Assembly: GCA_030765505.1 (NCBI GenBank) | Contig: JAVCCL010000004.1 | Span: 35,933 to 99,932 of the forward strand | DNA length: 64,000 bases | Direction: 5' to 3' | Origin: Candidatus Kaelpia imicola | GTDB lineage: Bacteria > Omnitrophota > Gorgyraeia > Kaelpiales > Kaelpiaceae | In this document: in pieces, positions 48,420-59,765 of the stretch | Numbering within the stretch: the first letter of the stretch is position 1 | How the letters are laid out: each line of letters begins with the position of its first letter | The notes under the pieces: model-generated | Databases searched by the model: none | Told to the model about the DNA's origin: nothing | The model's input: only the letters and a program-made list of their open reading frames with translations | Translations under genes and position numbers: made by a program

Positions 48420-49223
48420 ATGCCTGAGTTGCCGGAAGTTGAGACAATACGCAGAGAGTTAAGAAGCTTGATTCAGAAGAAAAAGATCACGGATTTTGAG
48501 GTTAGAGACAAGATCTTTCTTAAAAAGCCTAAAACAGTCTCTTCCTGGAAAAAGATACTCTCTTCCAAGATAAAGGATGTAGAGAGAAAGGGTAAGTTTC
48601 TGATCTTTAAACTTAGCAATGGGCTGAAGATAGTTGTGCACCTTAGAATGACAGGTCAGATAATATATGGCAATAATCATGATGCCAAAATTAAAATTGT
48701 ATTTTCAGATTTAAGTACCCTTAGTTATTATGATAGAAGAAGATTCGGTGAGTGGTTTTTGGTAAAAGATATAAAAGATGTGCCTCTGCTTGGAGCCATA
48801 GGTATTGATCCTACAAGTGAAGAGTTTACTCCTGAAGTTTTGAGTGAGATATTAAAAAATAAGAGTACTAAGGTCTACAATCTTCTTTTAGACCAAAAAG
48901 TTATATCTGGAATAGGCAATATATATGTAAATGAGATACTGTATCGCTCCAAAATAAGCCCTTTCAGAAAGACCAGGGATATTACCGAGCCTGAGATTAA
49001 AGAGCTCTGTTTCTCTATAAGAGATATACTTCTCAAAGCGCTTAAAGCCAGAGGTTCTTCAATAGATACCTATTTGGATATTTGGGGTAACCCGGGTAAA
49101 TATGCCTATCAGCATCTTGTTTACGGAAAAGATGGCCATTTTTGTGAACACTGTCCTAATAAGATTATGAAGAGCAAGATGAACTCTAGATCGATCTATT
49201 ATTGTCCGGGATGTCAACAGTAA
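48420..49223 (+). CDS. mutM: Formamidopyrimidine-DNA glycosylase
   Basis: MPELPEVE, HLRMTG, GIGNIY, C4 zinc finger. Confidence 0.97.
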   Translation: MPELPEVETIRRELRSLIQKKKITDFEVRDKIFLKKPKTVSSWKKILSSKIKDVERKGKFLIFKLSNGLKIVVHLRMTGQIIYGNNHDAKIKIVFSDLSTLSYYDRRRFGEWFLVKDIKDVPLLGAIGIDPTSEEFTPEVLSEILKNKSTKVYNLLLDQKVISGIGNIYVNEILYRSKISPFRKTRDITEPEIKELCFSIRDILLKALKARGSSIDTYLDIWGNPGKYAYQHLVYGKDGHFCEHCPNKIMKSKMNSRSIYYCPGCQQ

Positions 49224-49987
49224 CTAAAGATTTTAGAAAAGTAAAAATATTTTCTAATTCCGAGTTTTATCCCGGATATTTTCTACTCTCTTTTGAAACC
49301 CCGGAAGTTTTTTCTGTTAATCCGGGGCAGTTTCTTCAATTACGATTAGTAGAGAAGGGTCAGTTTTTGAGGAGACCTTTTGGAGTCTTTGACCAGAGAG
49401 ATAACCGTATTGAGATTCTTTACAAAGTAAGAGGGGATATAACTCAGAAGATGTCTTTACTTAAAACAGGAGATGAGCTGGATATTATATGTCCTCTAGG
49501 TAACGGGTTTAAAGAGCCGAACCGAAAGAGGCCGATTATTGTAAGCGGCGGTACAGGCTTTGCTCCGCTTGGTTTTCTTGCAAGGAGTCTCTCCTCTAAG
49601 GCTGAAGATAGAGGGATATTTATTATTGGAAGTGCAGGGGCTGAGAGTGAAAAATTTGCTGAATCTATAAGCTCTTTGGATATAGACTCTTTAGTTGTCT
49701 CTGAAGACGGCAGTGTAGGAAAGAGAGGAGTGGCGACCGATTATCTGGCTGGTATTATTAAGCCTGGTTCTGTTCTGTTTTCGGCTGGCCCCGTTGAGAT
49801 GTTGAAAAATATTTATAAAATAGCTGAAGATAAAGAGATTGAGACTCAATTTTCTTTTGAATCTCACTTTGCCTGCGGTATGGGTTTCTGTTGGGGCTGC
49901 GCTTTAAAGACCAGGAATGGAACTTTAAGAGTATGTAAGGATGGTCCTGTTTTTAAAGGAGAAGATATTCTATGGGAAGAGTTATGA
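49211..49987 (+). CDS. pyrK: Dihydroorotate dehydrogenase electron transfer subunit
   Basis: RRPF, GGTG, CGMGFCWGC...VCKDGPVF. Confidence 0.93.
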   Translation: MSTVTKDFRKVKIFSNSEFYPGYFLLSFETPEVFSVNPGQFLQLRLVEKGQFLRRPFGVFDQRDNRIEILYKVRGDITQKMSLLKTGDELDIICPLGNGFKEPNRKRPIIVSGGTGFAPLGFLARSLSSKAEDRGIFIIGSAGAESEKFAESISSLDIDSLVVSEDGSVGKRGVATDYLAGIIKPGSVLFSAGPVEMLKNIYKIAEDKEIETQFSFESHFACGMGFCWGCALKTRNGTLRVCKDGPVFKGEDILWEEL

Positions 49988-50904
49988 TTCCGGTTGAGAT
50001 TGCTTCTTTAAAACTAAGAAGTCCTGTTGTCCTCTCTTCAGGTTGTGTGGAGTATAGCCCCTCTGTGAGTGATATCGTTCCGTTTAGTAAGATCGGTGCC
50101 ATTATAACAAAGACAGTTACTCTTAGAGAATGTCCCGGCAATCCTATGCCCAGAACATCCGAGGTAGATTTTGGGTTAATAAATTCTATAGGTTTGCAAA
50201 ATAAAGGTCTGGATGATTATCTTGGTAGGATTTTACCGCAAATAAGAGAATCGCTTGATTGCCGAATCATTACCAGCATATCTGGTTTTACAATTGAAGA
50301 GTTTGCTAATATTGCTGCTGCTGTAGATAAAGAGGATGCGGTCTCTGCTATTGAGGTTAATATATCCTGTCCAAACCTTGAAAAAGATAGCGAGGGCGGG
50401 TCGGCTATCTTTGCCCAGGATGAACATATGAGTTATGGTGTTATAAAGGCTGTCAGGGAGTCATCGTCTAAACCTGTAATAGCTAAGCTCTCTCCCGATG
50501 TTACAGATATACGTTCTGTTGCTCAGGCTGTCTCTGATGCCGGAGCTGATGCAATAACCGTTGCGAATACCTATTCAGCTATGGCTATAGATATATATAC
50601 GAGAAAACCGAAAATAGCTAAGGTATCAGGGGGATTGAGCGGCCCTGCTATTAGACCCCTGACATTAAAGAGGGTCTGGGATGTATATAATACCGTAGAT
50701 CTGCCAATCATTGCCTCCGGCGGTATCATGGATTATAAGGACGGTTTGGAGTATATTATTGCGGGTGCGGCCCTTTTAAGTATAGGTACTGCTAATTTCA
50801 TAAACCCCGGCGTTGCGGAAGAGGTAGCCGAAGGTATAGAGAGTTATCTTAGAGAGAGAGGGATAGAGTATAAAGATTTAATTGGGAGTCTTAAAATTGG
50901 ATAA
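49972..50904 (+). CDS. pyrD: Dihydroorotate dehydrogenase (type 1B)
   Basis: NSIGLQN, NISCPN, GGLSGPAI. Confidence 0.96.
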   Translation: MGRVMIPVEIASLKLRSPVVLSSGCVEYSPSVSDIVPFSKIGAIITKTVTLRECPGNPMPRTSEVDFGLINSIGLQNKGLDDYLGRILPQIRESLDCRIITSISGFTIEEFANIAAAVDKEDAVSAIEVNISCPNLEKDSEGGSAIFAQDEHMSYGVIKAVRESSSKPVIAKLSPDVTDIRSVAQAVSDAGADAITVANTYSAMAIDIYTRKPKIAKVSGGLSGPAIRPLTLKRVWDVYNTVDLPIIASGGIMDYKDGLEYIIAGAALLSIGTANFINPGVAEEVAEGIESYLRERGIEYKDLIGSLKIG

Positions 50905-51592
50905 GAGAAAAAAGATAATAATTGCGCTTGACGTAGATAGCATCGATGATTTGCGTTACTATCTTGATATGTTAGCCCCCTATGTGAAAACTTTTAAAAT
51001 AGGACCTCGCCTCTTTATTCCTTATGGTAGAGAGGTGGTAGACCTTATAAAGGGCTATGGTTCAGATGTCTTTTTAGACCTTAAGCTGCATGATATTCCT
51101 ACTCAGGTTGCAGAGAGCGTGAAAAAGATTGGAGATTTGGGAGTTAAGATGTTTACAGTTCATGCTTTTGGCGGTAAGGTTATGATAGAAAATTCAAGAG
51201 AGGCTCTAGATAGTTTTGATGAAAAAGAGAGACCGTTGATGCTTGCAGTAACCCTTCTTACCAGCATTGACGAAAATGACTTGCATTTTTTAGGTTTTAA
51301 AAATAAAATTAATAACATGGTTTATAAACTTGCTGAATTAGCTTTAACTTCCGGAGCTGATGGTGTTGTCTCTTCCGCGGCAGAGGTCAGAAGGTTAAAA
51401 GAAGGGATAAGCCGGAGCTTTATATCAGTTGTTCCGGGTATAAAGATAGGCGTTGCGAATAGAGACCAGAAGAGGAGCGGTTCGCCGCAAGAGGCATTTG
51501 ACAATGGAGCCGATTATATTGTTATCGGCAGATCTATACTTAATGCAGATAATCCTGTAAAGATAGTTAAGGAGGTATTAGATGAACGATAA
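50897..51592 (+). CDS. pyrF: Orotidine 5'-phosphate decarboxylase
   Basis: IIALD, DLKLHDIP, VIGRSI. Confidence 0.96.
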   Translation: MDKRKKIIIALDVDSIDDLRYYLDMLAPYVKTFKIGPRLFIPYGREVVDLIKGYGSDVFLDLKLHDIPTQVAESVKKIGDLGVKMFTVHAFGGKVMIENSREALDSFDEKERPLMLAVTLLTSIDENDLHFLGFKNKINNMVYKLAELALTSGADGVVSSAAEVRRLKEGISRSFISVVPGIKIGVANRDQKRSGSPQEAFDNGADYIVIGRSILNADNPVKIVKEVLDER

Positions 51593-52163
51593 AGAACTTA
51601 TGGGAATTTTAAATGAGACAGGGGCTATTCAAGGTGGACACTTCTTATTATCCAGCGGTTTACATTCGGAGCAGTATATCCAGCTGGCTCGTATTTTTCA
51701 ATATCCTAAACATACTTCACGTATAGCCAATGCATTAGTAGAAGATTTTAGGTTCGAAAGACCTGCCGTTATAATTGGCATTGCACATGGGGGTACTATT
51801 TTGGCTTATGAAGTTGCAAGAGCTATAGGTGCAAGGGCAATGTTTGCAGAGCGCTTTAAAGGAGAACTCTGTTTGAAGAGGGGTTTTGAGATTAAAAATA
51901 GGGAGAGAGTTTTGATAGTTGAAGATGTGCTTACAACAGGGAAATCAGTTTTGGAATTAAAATCGCTGCTTAAGAATTTTCAGCCGCTGATTGTAGGAGT
52001 CGCTTCTGTTATAGACCGTTTTGATGGAGAGTTTAAGATAAGAAATAAATATTCATCTCTTATGAAATATGCCCTCCCGGTGTACTCTAAAGAGGAGTGC
52101 CCTCTATGTAAAAAGGATATACCGCTGCTTAAACCCGGGAGCAGGGAGATTGTGAACGCATAA
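51582..52163 (+). CDS. pyrE: Orotate phosphoribosyltransferase
   Basis: GHFLLSSGLHS, VEDVLTTGKS, KPGSR. Confidence 0.95.
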   Translation: MNDKELMGILNETGAIQGGHFLLSSGLHSEQYIQLARIFQYPKHTSRIANALVEDFRFERPAVIIGIAHGGTILAYEVARAIGARAMFAERFKGELCLKRGFEIKNRERVLIVEDVLTTGKSVLELKSLLKNFQPLIVGVASVIDRFDGEFKIRNKYSSLMKYALPVYSKEECPLCKKDIPLLKPGSREIVNA

Positions 52164-52216
52164 TCGTTCTTACTTCTGCTATAATTTAGAAGCAAAAAAA
52201 TGACCGGAGGATTAAT

Positions 52217-52828
52217 ATGGAAGTTAGATTAGATGGACTAATTGAAAAGATAAAAAAAGAGGGTGTTCAAGAAGCTAAAAACGAAGCCGGTAAAATTGTA
52301 GCCAAAGCCGAAGAAGAGGCTGTCCGCATCTTGCAAGAAGCAAAGTCTAAATCCGAGGTTGTTATTCAAGATTCAAAATCTCAGTCTGATAAATATAAAG
52401 ATGCAGCTAAAATCGCAATAGAACAAGCAGCGAGAGATTCAATTATAAGCTTAAGAGAGAAGATAGTAGCTGTATTTGACGATCTCTTAAAGAGAGATGT
52501 TTCAAATTCCCTTAGTCCTCAGGCAGTTAAGGATATGATTACCCGGATTTTATCTAATTGGAAGCCGGGGAAAGATGACTCTATTGAGATTTTAACTTCA
52601 AAAAGAGATAGGGACTCTTTAAGAGATTTGCTGATTGATGAATTTAAGGAGAAAATAGCAGCTGGTTTTGAGGTTAAGATTCACCCGGGGTTAAAGAAGG
52701 GTTTTAGAATCGGGATAAGAGGCGAAGATATGCATTATGATTTTTCAGATCAGGGTATAGCTGATACTATTGCTCTCTTTCTCAATGAAGAGATAAGAGA
52801 GATAGTGAATAAAAGTTTAAATGGATAG
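52217..52828 (+). CDS. V-type ATP synthase subunit E
   Basis: LIEKIKKEGV coiled coil, YDFSD; operon position. Confidence 0.88.
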   Translation: MEVRLDGLIEKIKKEGVQEAKNEAGKIVAKAEEEAVRILQEAKSKSEVVIQDSKSQSDKYKDAAKIAIEQAARDSIISLREKIVAVFDDLLKRDVSNSLSPQAVKDMITRILSNWKPGKDDSIEILTSKRDRDSLRDLLIDEFKEKIAAGFEVKIHPGLKKGFRIGIRGEDMHYDFSDQGIADTIALFLNEEIREIVNKSLNG

Positions 52829-53330
52829 GTACTATTATCTGATATCCCAGCTTCCTCTATTGGATTTTGATGGTAAGAATTATATCAGCAGTGACTACTT
52901 TTTAGAGCAGGCAGCCAAGTGGTTGAGCCCTGCAGATTTCAAGGTTTTAAAAAAAGCGAATATAGATGATATCTATGTTAGCGATAGCGATAAAGGTATC
53001 GTAAGAGAGTATAAGAGTTTTGAATACAATTTAAGAGATAATATTGTTAAATTCAGGGAAGGCAGTTTAGAATCTATAGTTGATGAAAACTTGAAAGCGG
53101 TTTTAGTTAATACAGATCCTCTTAAAATTGAGCTGGAGATATTCTATCTGAGGTGGAGTTTCATTGACCAAATTGGATCATATCATCATTTTGATTTAGA
53201 GAGTACAGTGGTTTACTTCTATAAGCTTCAGATTTTAGATAAGATTTCCCAGTTTGATAAAGAGAGAGGGAAAAAGTTATTTAACAGCAGTTCAAACATT
53301 AGTTACGAGGCGGTAGTCTATGAAAGTTAA
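52821..53330 (+). CDS. DUF2764 / V-ATPase subunit C-like protein
   Basis: YYYLISQLP, YFYKLQIL; lies between subunits E and A. Confidence 0.82.
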   Translation: MDRYYYLISQLPLLDFDGKNYISSDYFLEQAAKWLSPADFKVLKKANIDDIYVSDSDKGIVREYKSFEYNLRDNIVKFREGSLESIVDENLKAVLVNTDPLKIELEIFYLRWSFIDQIGSYHHFDLESTVVYFYKLQILDKISQFDKERGKKLFNSSSNISYEAVVYES

Positions 53331-55080
53331 TAGAGGCAGCATTCTATCTATAAGCGGGAACATGATAACTGTAAAACCGCAAAGTCATATCATGCAGAAT
53401 GAGTTGGGCTATGTTTTAAAAGGAGAGCAGCGTCTTAAAGCCGAGGTTATTAAGATCAGAGGAGAGGCAGCGTATATGCAGGTTTTTGAGGATACCAAAG
53501 GTCTTAGAGTAGGAGATGAGGTTGAATTCAGCAATCAGCTTCTTTCGGTTGAACTTGGACCGGGTCTTCTGGGCAGTATATACGACGGTTTGCAGAATCC
53601 TTTAAATATTCTTGCTGATGAGTATGGATTTTTTTTACCTCGAGGAGTCGATATAGCAGCTTTGGATCTTAAAAAGAGATGGCATTTTACCCCTCTTGCT
53701 AAGGAAGGAGATCTATTGTTGGCCGGAAACTATATTGGTTATGTAGAAGAAGAGATTTTTAAGCATTATATAATGGTGCCTTTTGATCTTAGCGGAGAGC
53801 ATCTTCTTGAGAGTCTGAAGCCTGAGGGTAATTACAGTGTTAAAGATACTATAGCTACGGTAAAAGACAGATCAGGCAATAGTGTTGATATCACCATGTC
53901 TTTTCGCTGGCCTATAAGAGTGCCTATTACTTCATACAGGAAGAGGCTTCAGGCTATTGAGCCGTTAACTACGCGTATTAGGATAATTGATACTTTCTTT
54001 CCTGTGGCTAAGGGGGGGACTTATTGTATTCCCGGTCCTTTTGGGGCTGGGAAAACAGTATTGCAGCAGTTGACTTCAAGATATGCTGAGGTTGATATTG
54101 TAATTATTGCTGCCTGCGGTGAGAGGGCAGGTGAGGTCGTTGAGACGTTAAGAGAGTTTCCAAAACTTAAAGATGATAGGACTGGTAAGTCTCTGATGGC
54201 GAGGACAATAATCATCTGTAATACCTCTTCTATGCCTGTTGCTGCCAGAGATGCTTCGGTATATACTGCGGCAACTCTCGGGGAATACTATAGACAGATG
54301 GGTTTGGATGTACTGCTTCTGGCTGACTCTACTTCACGTTGGGCTCAGGCGATGAGAGAGGTTTCAGGCAGGCTGGAGGAGATCCCGGGCGAAGAGGCTT
54401 TTCCGGCTTATTTGGAATCGCGTATAGCTGCTTTCTATGAAAGGTCTGGCGTGGTTGAACTTTTAAACGGAGAGAGCGGGTCTCTTACAATAGGAGGAAC
54501 AGTATCCCCGGCTGGCGGTAATTTCGAAGAACCTGTTACCCAATCAACATTAAAGGTTGTCGGAGCTTTCCATGGCTTATCCCGCGAGAGGTCTGATGCC
54601 AGAAAGTACCCTTCTATATCCCCTCTGGAGAGTTGGTCCAAATATAGGAGCTTTATTGTAGAGGATATAGTAGCTTATGCCAAAGAAGTGATATTTAAAG
54701 GCGATGAGGTTTTTCAGATGATGAAGGTTGTTGGCGAAGAAGGTGTGGCAGATGAGGACTTCTTAATATATCTGAAATCCGAGTTTTTAGATTATGTCTA
54801 TTTACAGCAGAATGGTTATGATAGAGTGGATGCTGCTACGCCTCTAGAGCGCCAGGATTATGTTTTTTCAAAGGCTGACTATATCCTTAGATCTAAAGTT
54901 AATTTAGAAACAAAAGATGAATTAAGAGCTATCTTTTTTAAATTACGTCAGATGTTTCTGGACTGGAATTATACCAAGTGGAATTCTTCGGAATTCAAAA
55001 GCAAAGAAAAAGAGATAGATGAATTTATTAAAAGAGAGGTTTTAAAGAAAGATGAAGAAGCTGTACAGCAAGATAGATAG
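53320..55080 (+). CDS. V-type ATP synthase subunit A
   Basis: [24 protein letters not shown]. Confidence 0.97.
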   Translation: MKVNRGSILSISGNMITVKPQSHIMQNELGYVLKGEQRLKAEVIKIRGEAAYMQVFEDTKGLRVGDEVEFSNQLLSVELGPGLLGSIYDGLQNPLNILADEYGFFLPRGVDIAALDLKKRWHFTPLAKEGDLLLAGNYIGYVEEEIFKHYIMVPFDLSGEHLLESLKPEGNYSVKDTIATVKDRSGNSVDITMSFRWPIRVPITSYRKRLQAIEPLTTRIRIIDTFFPVAKGGTYCIPGPFGAGKTVLQQLTSRYAEVDIVIIAACGERAGEVVETLREFPKLKDDRTGKSLMARTIIICNTSSMPVAARDASVYTAATLGEYYRQMGLDVLLLADSTSRWAQAMREVSGRLEEIPGEEAFPAYLESRIAAFYERSGVVELLNGESGSLTIGGTVSPAGGNFEEPVTQSTLKVVGAFHGLSRERSDARKYPSISPLESWSKYRSFIVEDIVAYAKEVIFKGDEVFQMMKVVGEEGVADEDFLIYLKSEFLDYVYLQQNGYDRVDAATPLERQDYVFSKADYILRSKVNLETKDELRAIFFKLRQMFLDWNYTKWNSSEFKSKEKEIDEFIKREVLKKDEEAVQQDR

Positions 55081-56344
55081 TATTGTAGGAGATGTTATCA
55101 CTGTAAAAGCTAAAGGTATTAGTTATCATGAGCTGGCCGAGGTGAACACTAAAAAGGGAAAGTCTTTTGCTCAGGTTATAAGTTTAGATAGAGAGAATGT
55201 CTCTCTTCAGGTTTTTTCGGGAAGCCGAGGCATATCTACTGCTGATGAAGTTAGTTTTCTATCTCATCCTATGCAGGTTCCTTTTTCGGAGGATATGCTT
55301 GGAAGAGTCTTTGACGGCAGCTGCAGGCCAAAGGATGGAGGGCCTGCTATAATCGGAAACAATATTGAGATAGGCGGTTCTACAGTCAATCCTGCAAAGA
55401 GGAAGATACCAGACCGCATGATAAGAACCAATATACCTATGATAGATATTTTTAATTCTCTAGTTGTTTCTCAGAAGCTTCCTATATTTTCAGTCTCTGG
55501 CGAACCTTACAATGAGCTTTTAGCTCGAATTGCAATACAGGCTCAGGTTGATATAATCATTTTAGGCGGTATAGGTCTGAAGTTCGATCAGTATATGTTT
55601 TTTAAGAATAGACTGCAGAGTAGCGGTGCTTTAAGCAGGTCAATATTTTTCGTGCATACCGCTTCTGAACCAGTAGTAGAGAGCATTATGATACCGGATA
55701 TATCTTTGGCTGTAGCTGAGAAGTTTGCTTTATCGGGTAAGGATGTGCTGGTTCTACTTACAGATATGACTAACTTTGCCGATGCGCTTAAAGAGATTGC
55801 CATTACTATGGAGCAGGTTCCTTCAAATAGAGGTTATCCTGGAGATCTCTATAGTCAATTAGCAGCCAGATATGAGAAGGCTGTGGATTTTGAAGATAGC
55901 GGTTCTATTACAATACTTGCAGTTACAACCATGCCGGGTGATGATGTTACCCACCCGGTTCCGGATAATACAGGTTATATTACCGAGGGCCAGTTCTATC
56001 TTCGTAATGGCAGAATAGAACCCTTCGGCTCTTTAAGCCGGCTGAAGCAGCAGGTCAATGATAAAACTCGTGTTGATCACAGGGCTATTATGAATGGCAT
56101 GATACAACTATATGCTGATTATAAGGAGACAGAAGAAAAAAGAGACATGGGTTTTAAGATGAGTGTTTGGGATCAAAAACTTCTTAAGTATGGAGCTGTC
56201 TTTGAAAAGGAGCTGATGGATCTATCTGTGAATATACCTTTGGAGACTGCCCTGGATAAAGGATGGCAGATTCTCTCGGGATGTTTCCAGCCTGAAGAGG
56301 TTCCATTTCGGACTGAATTGATCAAAGAGTTTTGGCGAGGCTGA
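55052..56344 (+). CDS. V-type ATP synthase subunit B
   Basis: [25 protein letters not shown]. Confidence 0.97.
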   Translation: MKKLYSKIDSIVGDVITVKAKGISYHELAEVNTKKGKSFAQVISLDRENVSLQVFSGSRGISTADEVSFLSHPMQVPFSEDMLGRVFDGSCRPKDGGPAIIGNNIEIGGSTVNPAKRKIPDRMIRTNIPMIDIFNSLVVSQKLPIFSVSGEPYNELLARIAIQAQVDIIILGGIGLKFDQYMFFKNRLQSSGALSRSIFFVHTASEPVVESIMIPDISLAVAEKFALSGKDVLVLLTDMTNFADALKEIAITMEQVPSNRGYPGDLYSQLAARYEKAVDFEDSGSITILAVTTMPGDDVTHPVPDNTGYITEGQFYLRNGRIEPFGSLSRLKQQVNDKTRVDHRAIMNGMIQLYADYKETEEKRDMGFKMSVWDQKLLKYGAVFEKELMDLSVNIPLETALDKGWQILSGCFQPEEVPFRTELIKEFWRG

Positions 56345-56346
56345 TT

Positions 56347-56958
56347 GTGGGAAAGTTAAGATTGACGAAGAACGAATTAAAGAAACAGAAAGAGACGCTT
56401 AAACGTTTCAACAAATATCTTCCCATGCTGCAGCTTAAGAAGCAGCAACTACAGCTTGAGGTAATTAAAAACCATCAGGATTTAAATAGGATTAAAGAAG
56501 ATATAGAGTCTTTTTTAAGATCGATAGATGTTTGGATAGATGTTTTCGGGGAAGATGTTGGGATTGAGAATCTATTTAAAGTCGATAGAATAATTGTAAC
56601 CGCAAGCAATATAGCCGGCATGGATATTCCGATTTTTGAGAATATAAAGTTCAAGGAACGCAGCTACGATCTATATCTAACGCCTCTTTGGGTAGATAGA
56701 GCTATAGAGGTTTTAAGAGGCCTTCTCACTTTAAAGGCAAAGAGCTTGGTCTTAGAAAGGGCGAGAGAGGTTTTAAAAGAGGAGCTTAGAATTACAACTC
56801 AGCGTGTCAATCTTTTTGAGAAGATCAAGATTCCTGAAGCAACAAAAAACATAAAGAAAATAAATATCTTTTTGGGCGATCTGTCTACATCTGAAGTTGT
56901 AAGAGGTAAGATTGCAAAATCTAAATTGAGAATCAGAGACGATAGAATAGAGGTTTAA
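56347..56958 (+). CDS. V-type ATP synthase subunit D
   Basis: TKNEL, LQLKK, TQRVNLFEK. Confidence 0.95.
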   Translation: MGKLRLTKNELKKQKETLKRFNKYLPMLQLKKQQLQLEVIKNHQDLNRIKEDIESFLRSIDVWIDVFGEDVGIENLFKVDRIIVTASNIAGMDIPIFENIKFKERSYDLYLTPLWVDRAIEVLRGLLTLKAKSLVLERAREVLKEELRITTQRVNLFEKIKIPEATKNIKKINIFLGDLSTSEVVRGKIAKSKLRIRDDRIEV

Positions 56959-56960
56959 GA

Positions 56961-58733
56961 ATGATAGTTAAGATGAAGCAGGTAACTCTGCTGGTTTCAA
57001 ATAGAGAGAGAGAGAGAGCTCTTGAGAGGTTGAGGTCGCTGGGTGTTATGCATATAAAGGGAAGAAAGTCTCTCTCTTCCGGGGAGATATCTTTTCTGGA
57101 AGACAAGATATCTATCTTTGAGAGAGCTATAGAGTTGATATCTGATTTTAATACTGAGAGCGATAAAGATTGCCCCGGAAGCAAAATCCCTGCCTTTATA
57201 GAGGAGATAAATTTTCTGGGTAGAGATAGAGACGATTTGCAGAATAGATTAGCTGCAGTAAGAAGAGATCTATATTGGTATGGAGATTGGGGTATCTTTT
57301 CGTTAGATTCTCTGTCTAAAATCAGAGAGCATGGAATAAATCTGGAGCTATACATTGTAGGCAAAAAAGAGTTTAAAGAGATAATTGTGAAGCAAAATGC
57401 TTACTTAATTAAAAAAGATAAATCCAGATTCTATGTTGCTTTAGTCGCTAATAATAAAAATCCTCTCTCTGCTGCCCCTCAGCAGATTCCAAGCAGGGAA
57501 TACAGCATGCTTGAGAGGGAGAGGTCTGATACAGAGAAACAGATTCAAGAGATAGATAAGAGAGCGATATATCTCTCTAGTTTCAAAAATTGCTTTAATA
57601 GATATAAATCTACTTTAGGTAAAGAGCTTGAGTTTGCTCAGGTTAATTCAGAGATGAATACCTGTGAAGGTTTTAGTTTCTTAGAAGGATTTATTCCAGT
57701 TGATACAGCTGAAAGATTAAATACTCTATCGGAAGAGGAGGGCTGGGGATTGCTCTTGAAGGATCCAGGCAATCCTGATGAAGTTCCTACTTTGATACGT
57801 AATCCTAGCTGGTTAAGGATAATAGATCCTGTGTTTAAGCTTATGGATACTATACCTGGATATGAGGAGTATGATATTAGTTTCTGGTTCCTTATCTTCT
57901 TCGGTATGTTCTTTGCTATGATTATAGGTGATGCAGGTTATGGGCTTATTTTTTTAATAACCGCTTTTTTAATCCAAATTAAAAATAAAAATATATCTAA
58001 ACAGATTACGCGGCTTATTTACTATCTTAGTTCTGCTACCGTTATCTGGGGAGCTATAACAGGAAATTGGTTTGGAATAGAGAGGTTTTCTCAGCTGCCA
58101 TTCTTTAATATCTTTATAATACCCGGTCTTAATAATTTTGTTGATGCCAATCAAAATAATTTTATCTATCTCTGTTTTATTTTAGGATTTTCTCATCTTG
58201 CTATTGCTCATCTTGTGGCAGCTCTGCGCTTTGTGAACTCTATTAAATTTTTTAGTCATTTAGGTTGGATTGCTATAGGATGGTCCATGTTTCTGTTGAC
58301 TCGAGGCGTAGTTTTGAATTTGCAGATTCCACAAACAATGACTTTCTTTGTTATTCTTGGAGCTCTTATGGTAATGATATTTTCAAAGCCTGAAACTAGT
58401 ATTTTAAAAAGAATAACATCATCATTATTAGATCTTCCTTTTGGTATCATAAACTTCTTTGCCGACATACTATCTTATCTGCGCCTTTTTGCTGTTGGCT
58501 ATGCTACCGTAATGATTGCAGTTACTTTTAACAATATGGCTAGAGATATAGGTTTTAATAGTGTTCCTGCTATTATATCGTCTGTAGTAATTATCTTACT
58601 GGGACACTCTCTAAATATAATTTTGGGTTTAATGTCTGTCCTTGTTCATGGGGTGAGATTGAATGTTCTTGAGTTTCCAACCCATCTTAGTTTGGAATGG
58701 AAAGGAAATAGTTATAAACCGTTTAAGGAGTAA
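56961..58733 (+). CDS. V-type ATP synthase subunit I
   Basis: GDAGYG, SYLRLFA, HGVRLNVLEF. Confidence 0.95.
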   Translation: MIVKMKQVTLLVSNRERERALERLRSLGVMHIKGRKSLSSGEISFLEDKISIFERAIELISDFNTESDKDCPGSKIPAFIEEINFLGRDRDDLQNRLAAVRRDLYWYGDWGIFSLDSLSKIREHGINLELYIVGKKEFKEIIVKQNAYLIKKDKSRFYVALVANNKNPLSAAPQQIPSREYSMLERERSDTEKQIQEIDKRAIYLSSFKNCFNRYKSTLGKELEFAQVNSEMNTCEGFSFLEGFIPVDTAERLNTLSEEEGWGLLLKDPGNPDEVPTLIRNPSWLRIIDPVFKLMDTIPGYEEYDISFWFLIFFGMFFAMIIGDAGYGLIFLITAFLIQIKNKNISKQITRLIYYLSSATVIWGAITGNWFGIERFSQLPFFNIFIIPGLNNFVDANQNNFIYLCFILGFSHLAIAHLVAALRFVNSIKFFSHLGWIAIGWSMFLLTRGVVLNLQIPQTMTFFVILGALMVMIFSKPETSILKRITSSLLDLPFGIINFFADILSYLRLFAVGYATVMIAVTFNNMARDIGFNSVPAIISSVVIILLGHSLNIILGLMSVLVHGVRLNVLEFPTHLSLEWKGNSYKPFKE

Positions 58734-58747
58734 AGGAGGGTAAAGAG

Positions 58748-59191
58748 ATGATAGAGGGTTTAGGGGATTTAAATGCTTCGCTGGGACTTACAGCTATAGG
58801 CTCTGCCTTGGGTATAGGCGTAGCTGGTATGGCAGCTATAGGAGCTTGGAAGAAGGCGTTCTCTCAGAATAAAACAGCTCCTTTTATGATGATAGCTTTT
58901 GTGGGTGCGCCGTTAACTCAGATATTTTACGGTTTTATATTAAGAAACAAAATTCAGGCTGCCAATTTACCTTACGATTCAGTGTCAACGATAATGCAGA
59001 TGACAATAGGATTAATGGCTGGATTAGCGATGGGATCTTCGGCCTATATGCAGGGTAAAGCTGCTGCGCGGGCTTGTGATGCTCTTGCTGAAACAGGGAA
59101 AGGATTTGCTAATTATATGCTTGTTTTGGGAATCATAGAGACAGTTGCATTGTTTGTTATGATATTCTCTATGATAGCGTTACCTGGTTGA
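58748..59191 (+). CDS. V-type ATP synthase subunit K
   Basis: 4 TM helices, PLTQIFYG, GIIETVALF. Confidence 0.93.
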   Translation: MIEGLGDLNASLGLTAIGSALGIGVAGMAAIGAWKKAFSQNKTAPFMMIAFVGAPLTQIFYGFILRNKIQAANLPYDSVSTIMQMTIGLMAGLAMGSSAYMQGKAAARACDALAETGKGFANYMLVLGIIETVALFVMIFSMIALPG

Positions 59192-59249
59192 TAAAAGAAT
59201 TGACATAGATGTTTAAAGAGAGTAGATTTTTAAAAAAGGAGGTGTAGAT

Positions 59250-59765
59250 ATGATACGGAGCATGGTAGTTTTTCTTATGGTTTTCTGCATAGCTGTTTCT
59301 TTTGCTTTCGAAAAGTATGGTTTCAATGGGCAGGAAGAGAGCGGATATGGTGTTTGGACTTCAAACCCTGAAGATAAAGCTCTCATAGCTACCGGTTCGG
59401 TTGTTACTACGGATAAGGTTGGTTTTTCCGGAGGCTGCTTTGAATTTAAATATAATTTAGGGTCACCGGATGGTGGTTTTGCCGGGTTTTATATCGAATT
59501 TGGTTCTATTGATCTATCGAAATATTCTCAGCTGGTTTTTTGGATAAAAGGAGATAAAAAGTCTGGTTTTTCGGAGAAAGCAGTTGTAAACTTCTCAGGC
59601 GGTTCTCAGTTTATCAATATTACTCCGAATTGGCAGAAGATAGTAATAGGTTTAAAAGGTTTTACAAAGAAGAATGCTGGTAGCGAATTCAGTCTTACAT
59701 TTGAGAGCGGGTGGGCAACTGAGAAGAAGGGTACAGTCTATATCGACGAAGTAACATTAAAGTAG
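59250..59765 (+). CDS. Exported CBM11/CIA30-like carbohydrate-binding domain protein
   Basis: Signal peptide; DLSKYSQLVFWIKG, WQKIVI, GTVYIDEV. Confidence 0.75.
   Translation: MIRSMVVFLMVFCIAVSFAFEKYGFNGQEESGYGVWTSNPEDKALIATGSVVTTDKVGFSGGCFEFKYNLGSPDGGFAGFYIEFGSIDLSKYSQLVFWIKGDKKSGFSEKAVVNFSGGSQFINITPNWQKIVIGLKGFTKKNAGSEFSLTFESGWATEKKGTVYIDEVTLK

Noticed and set aside
57003-57018. (AG)8 run in V-ATPase subunit I as a phase-variation tract
   Set aside because: It is in frame (RERER) in a housekeeping gene, and AG-rich codons are common throughout.
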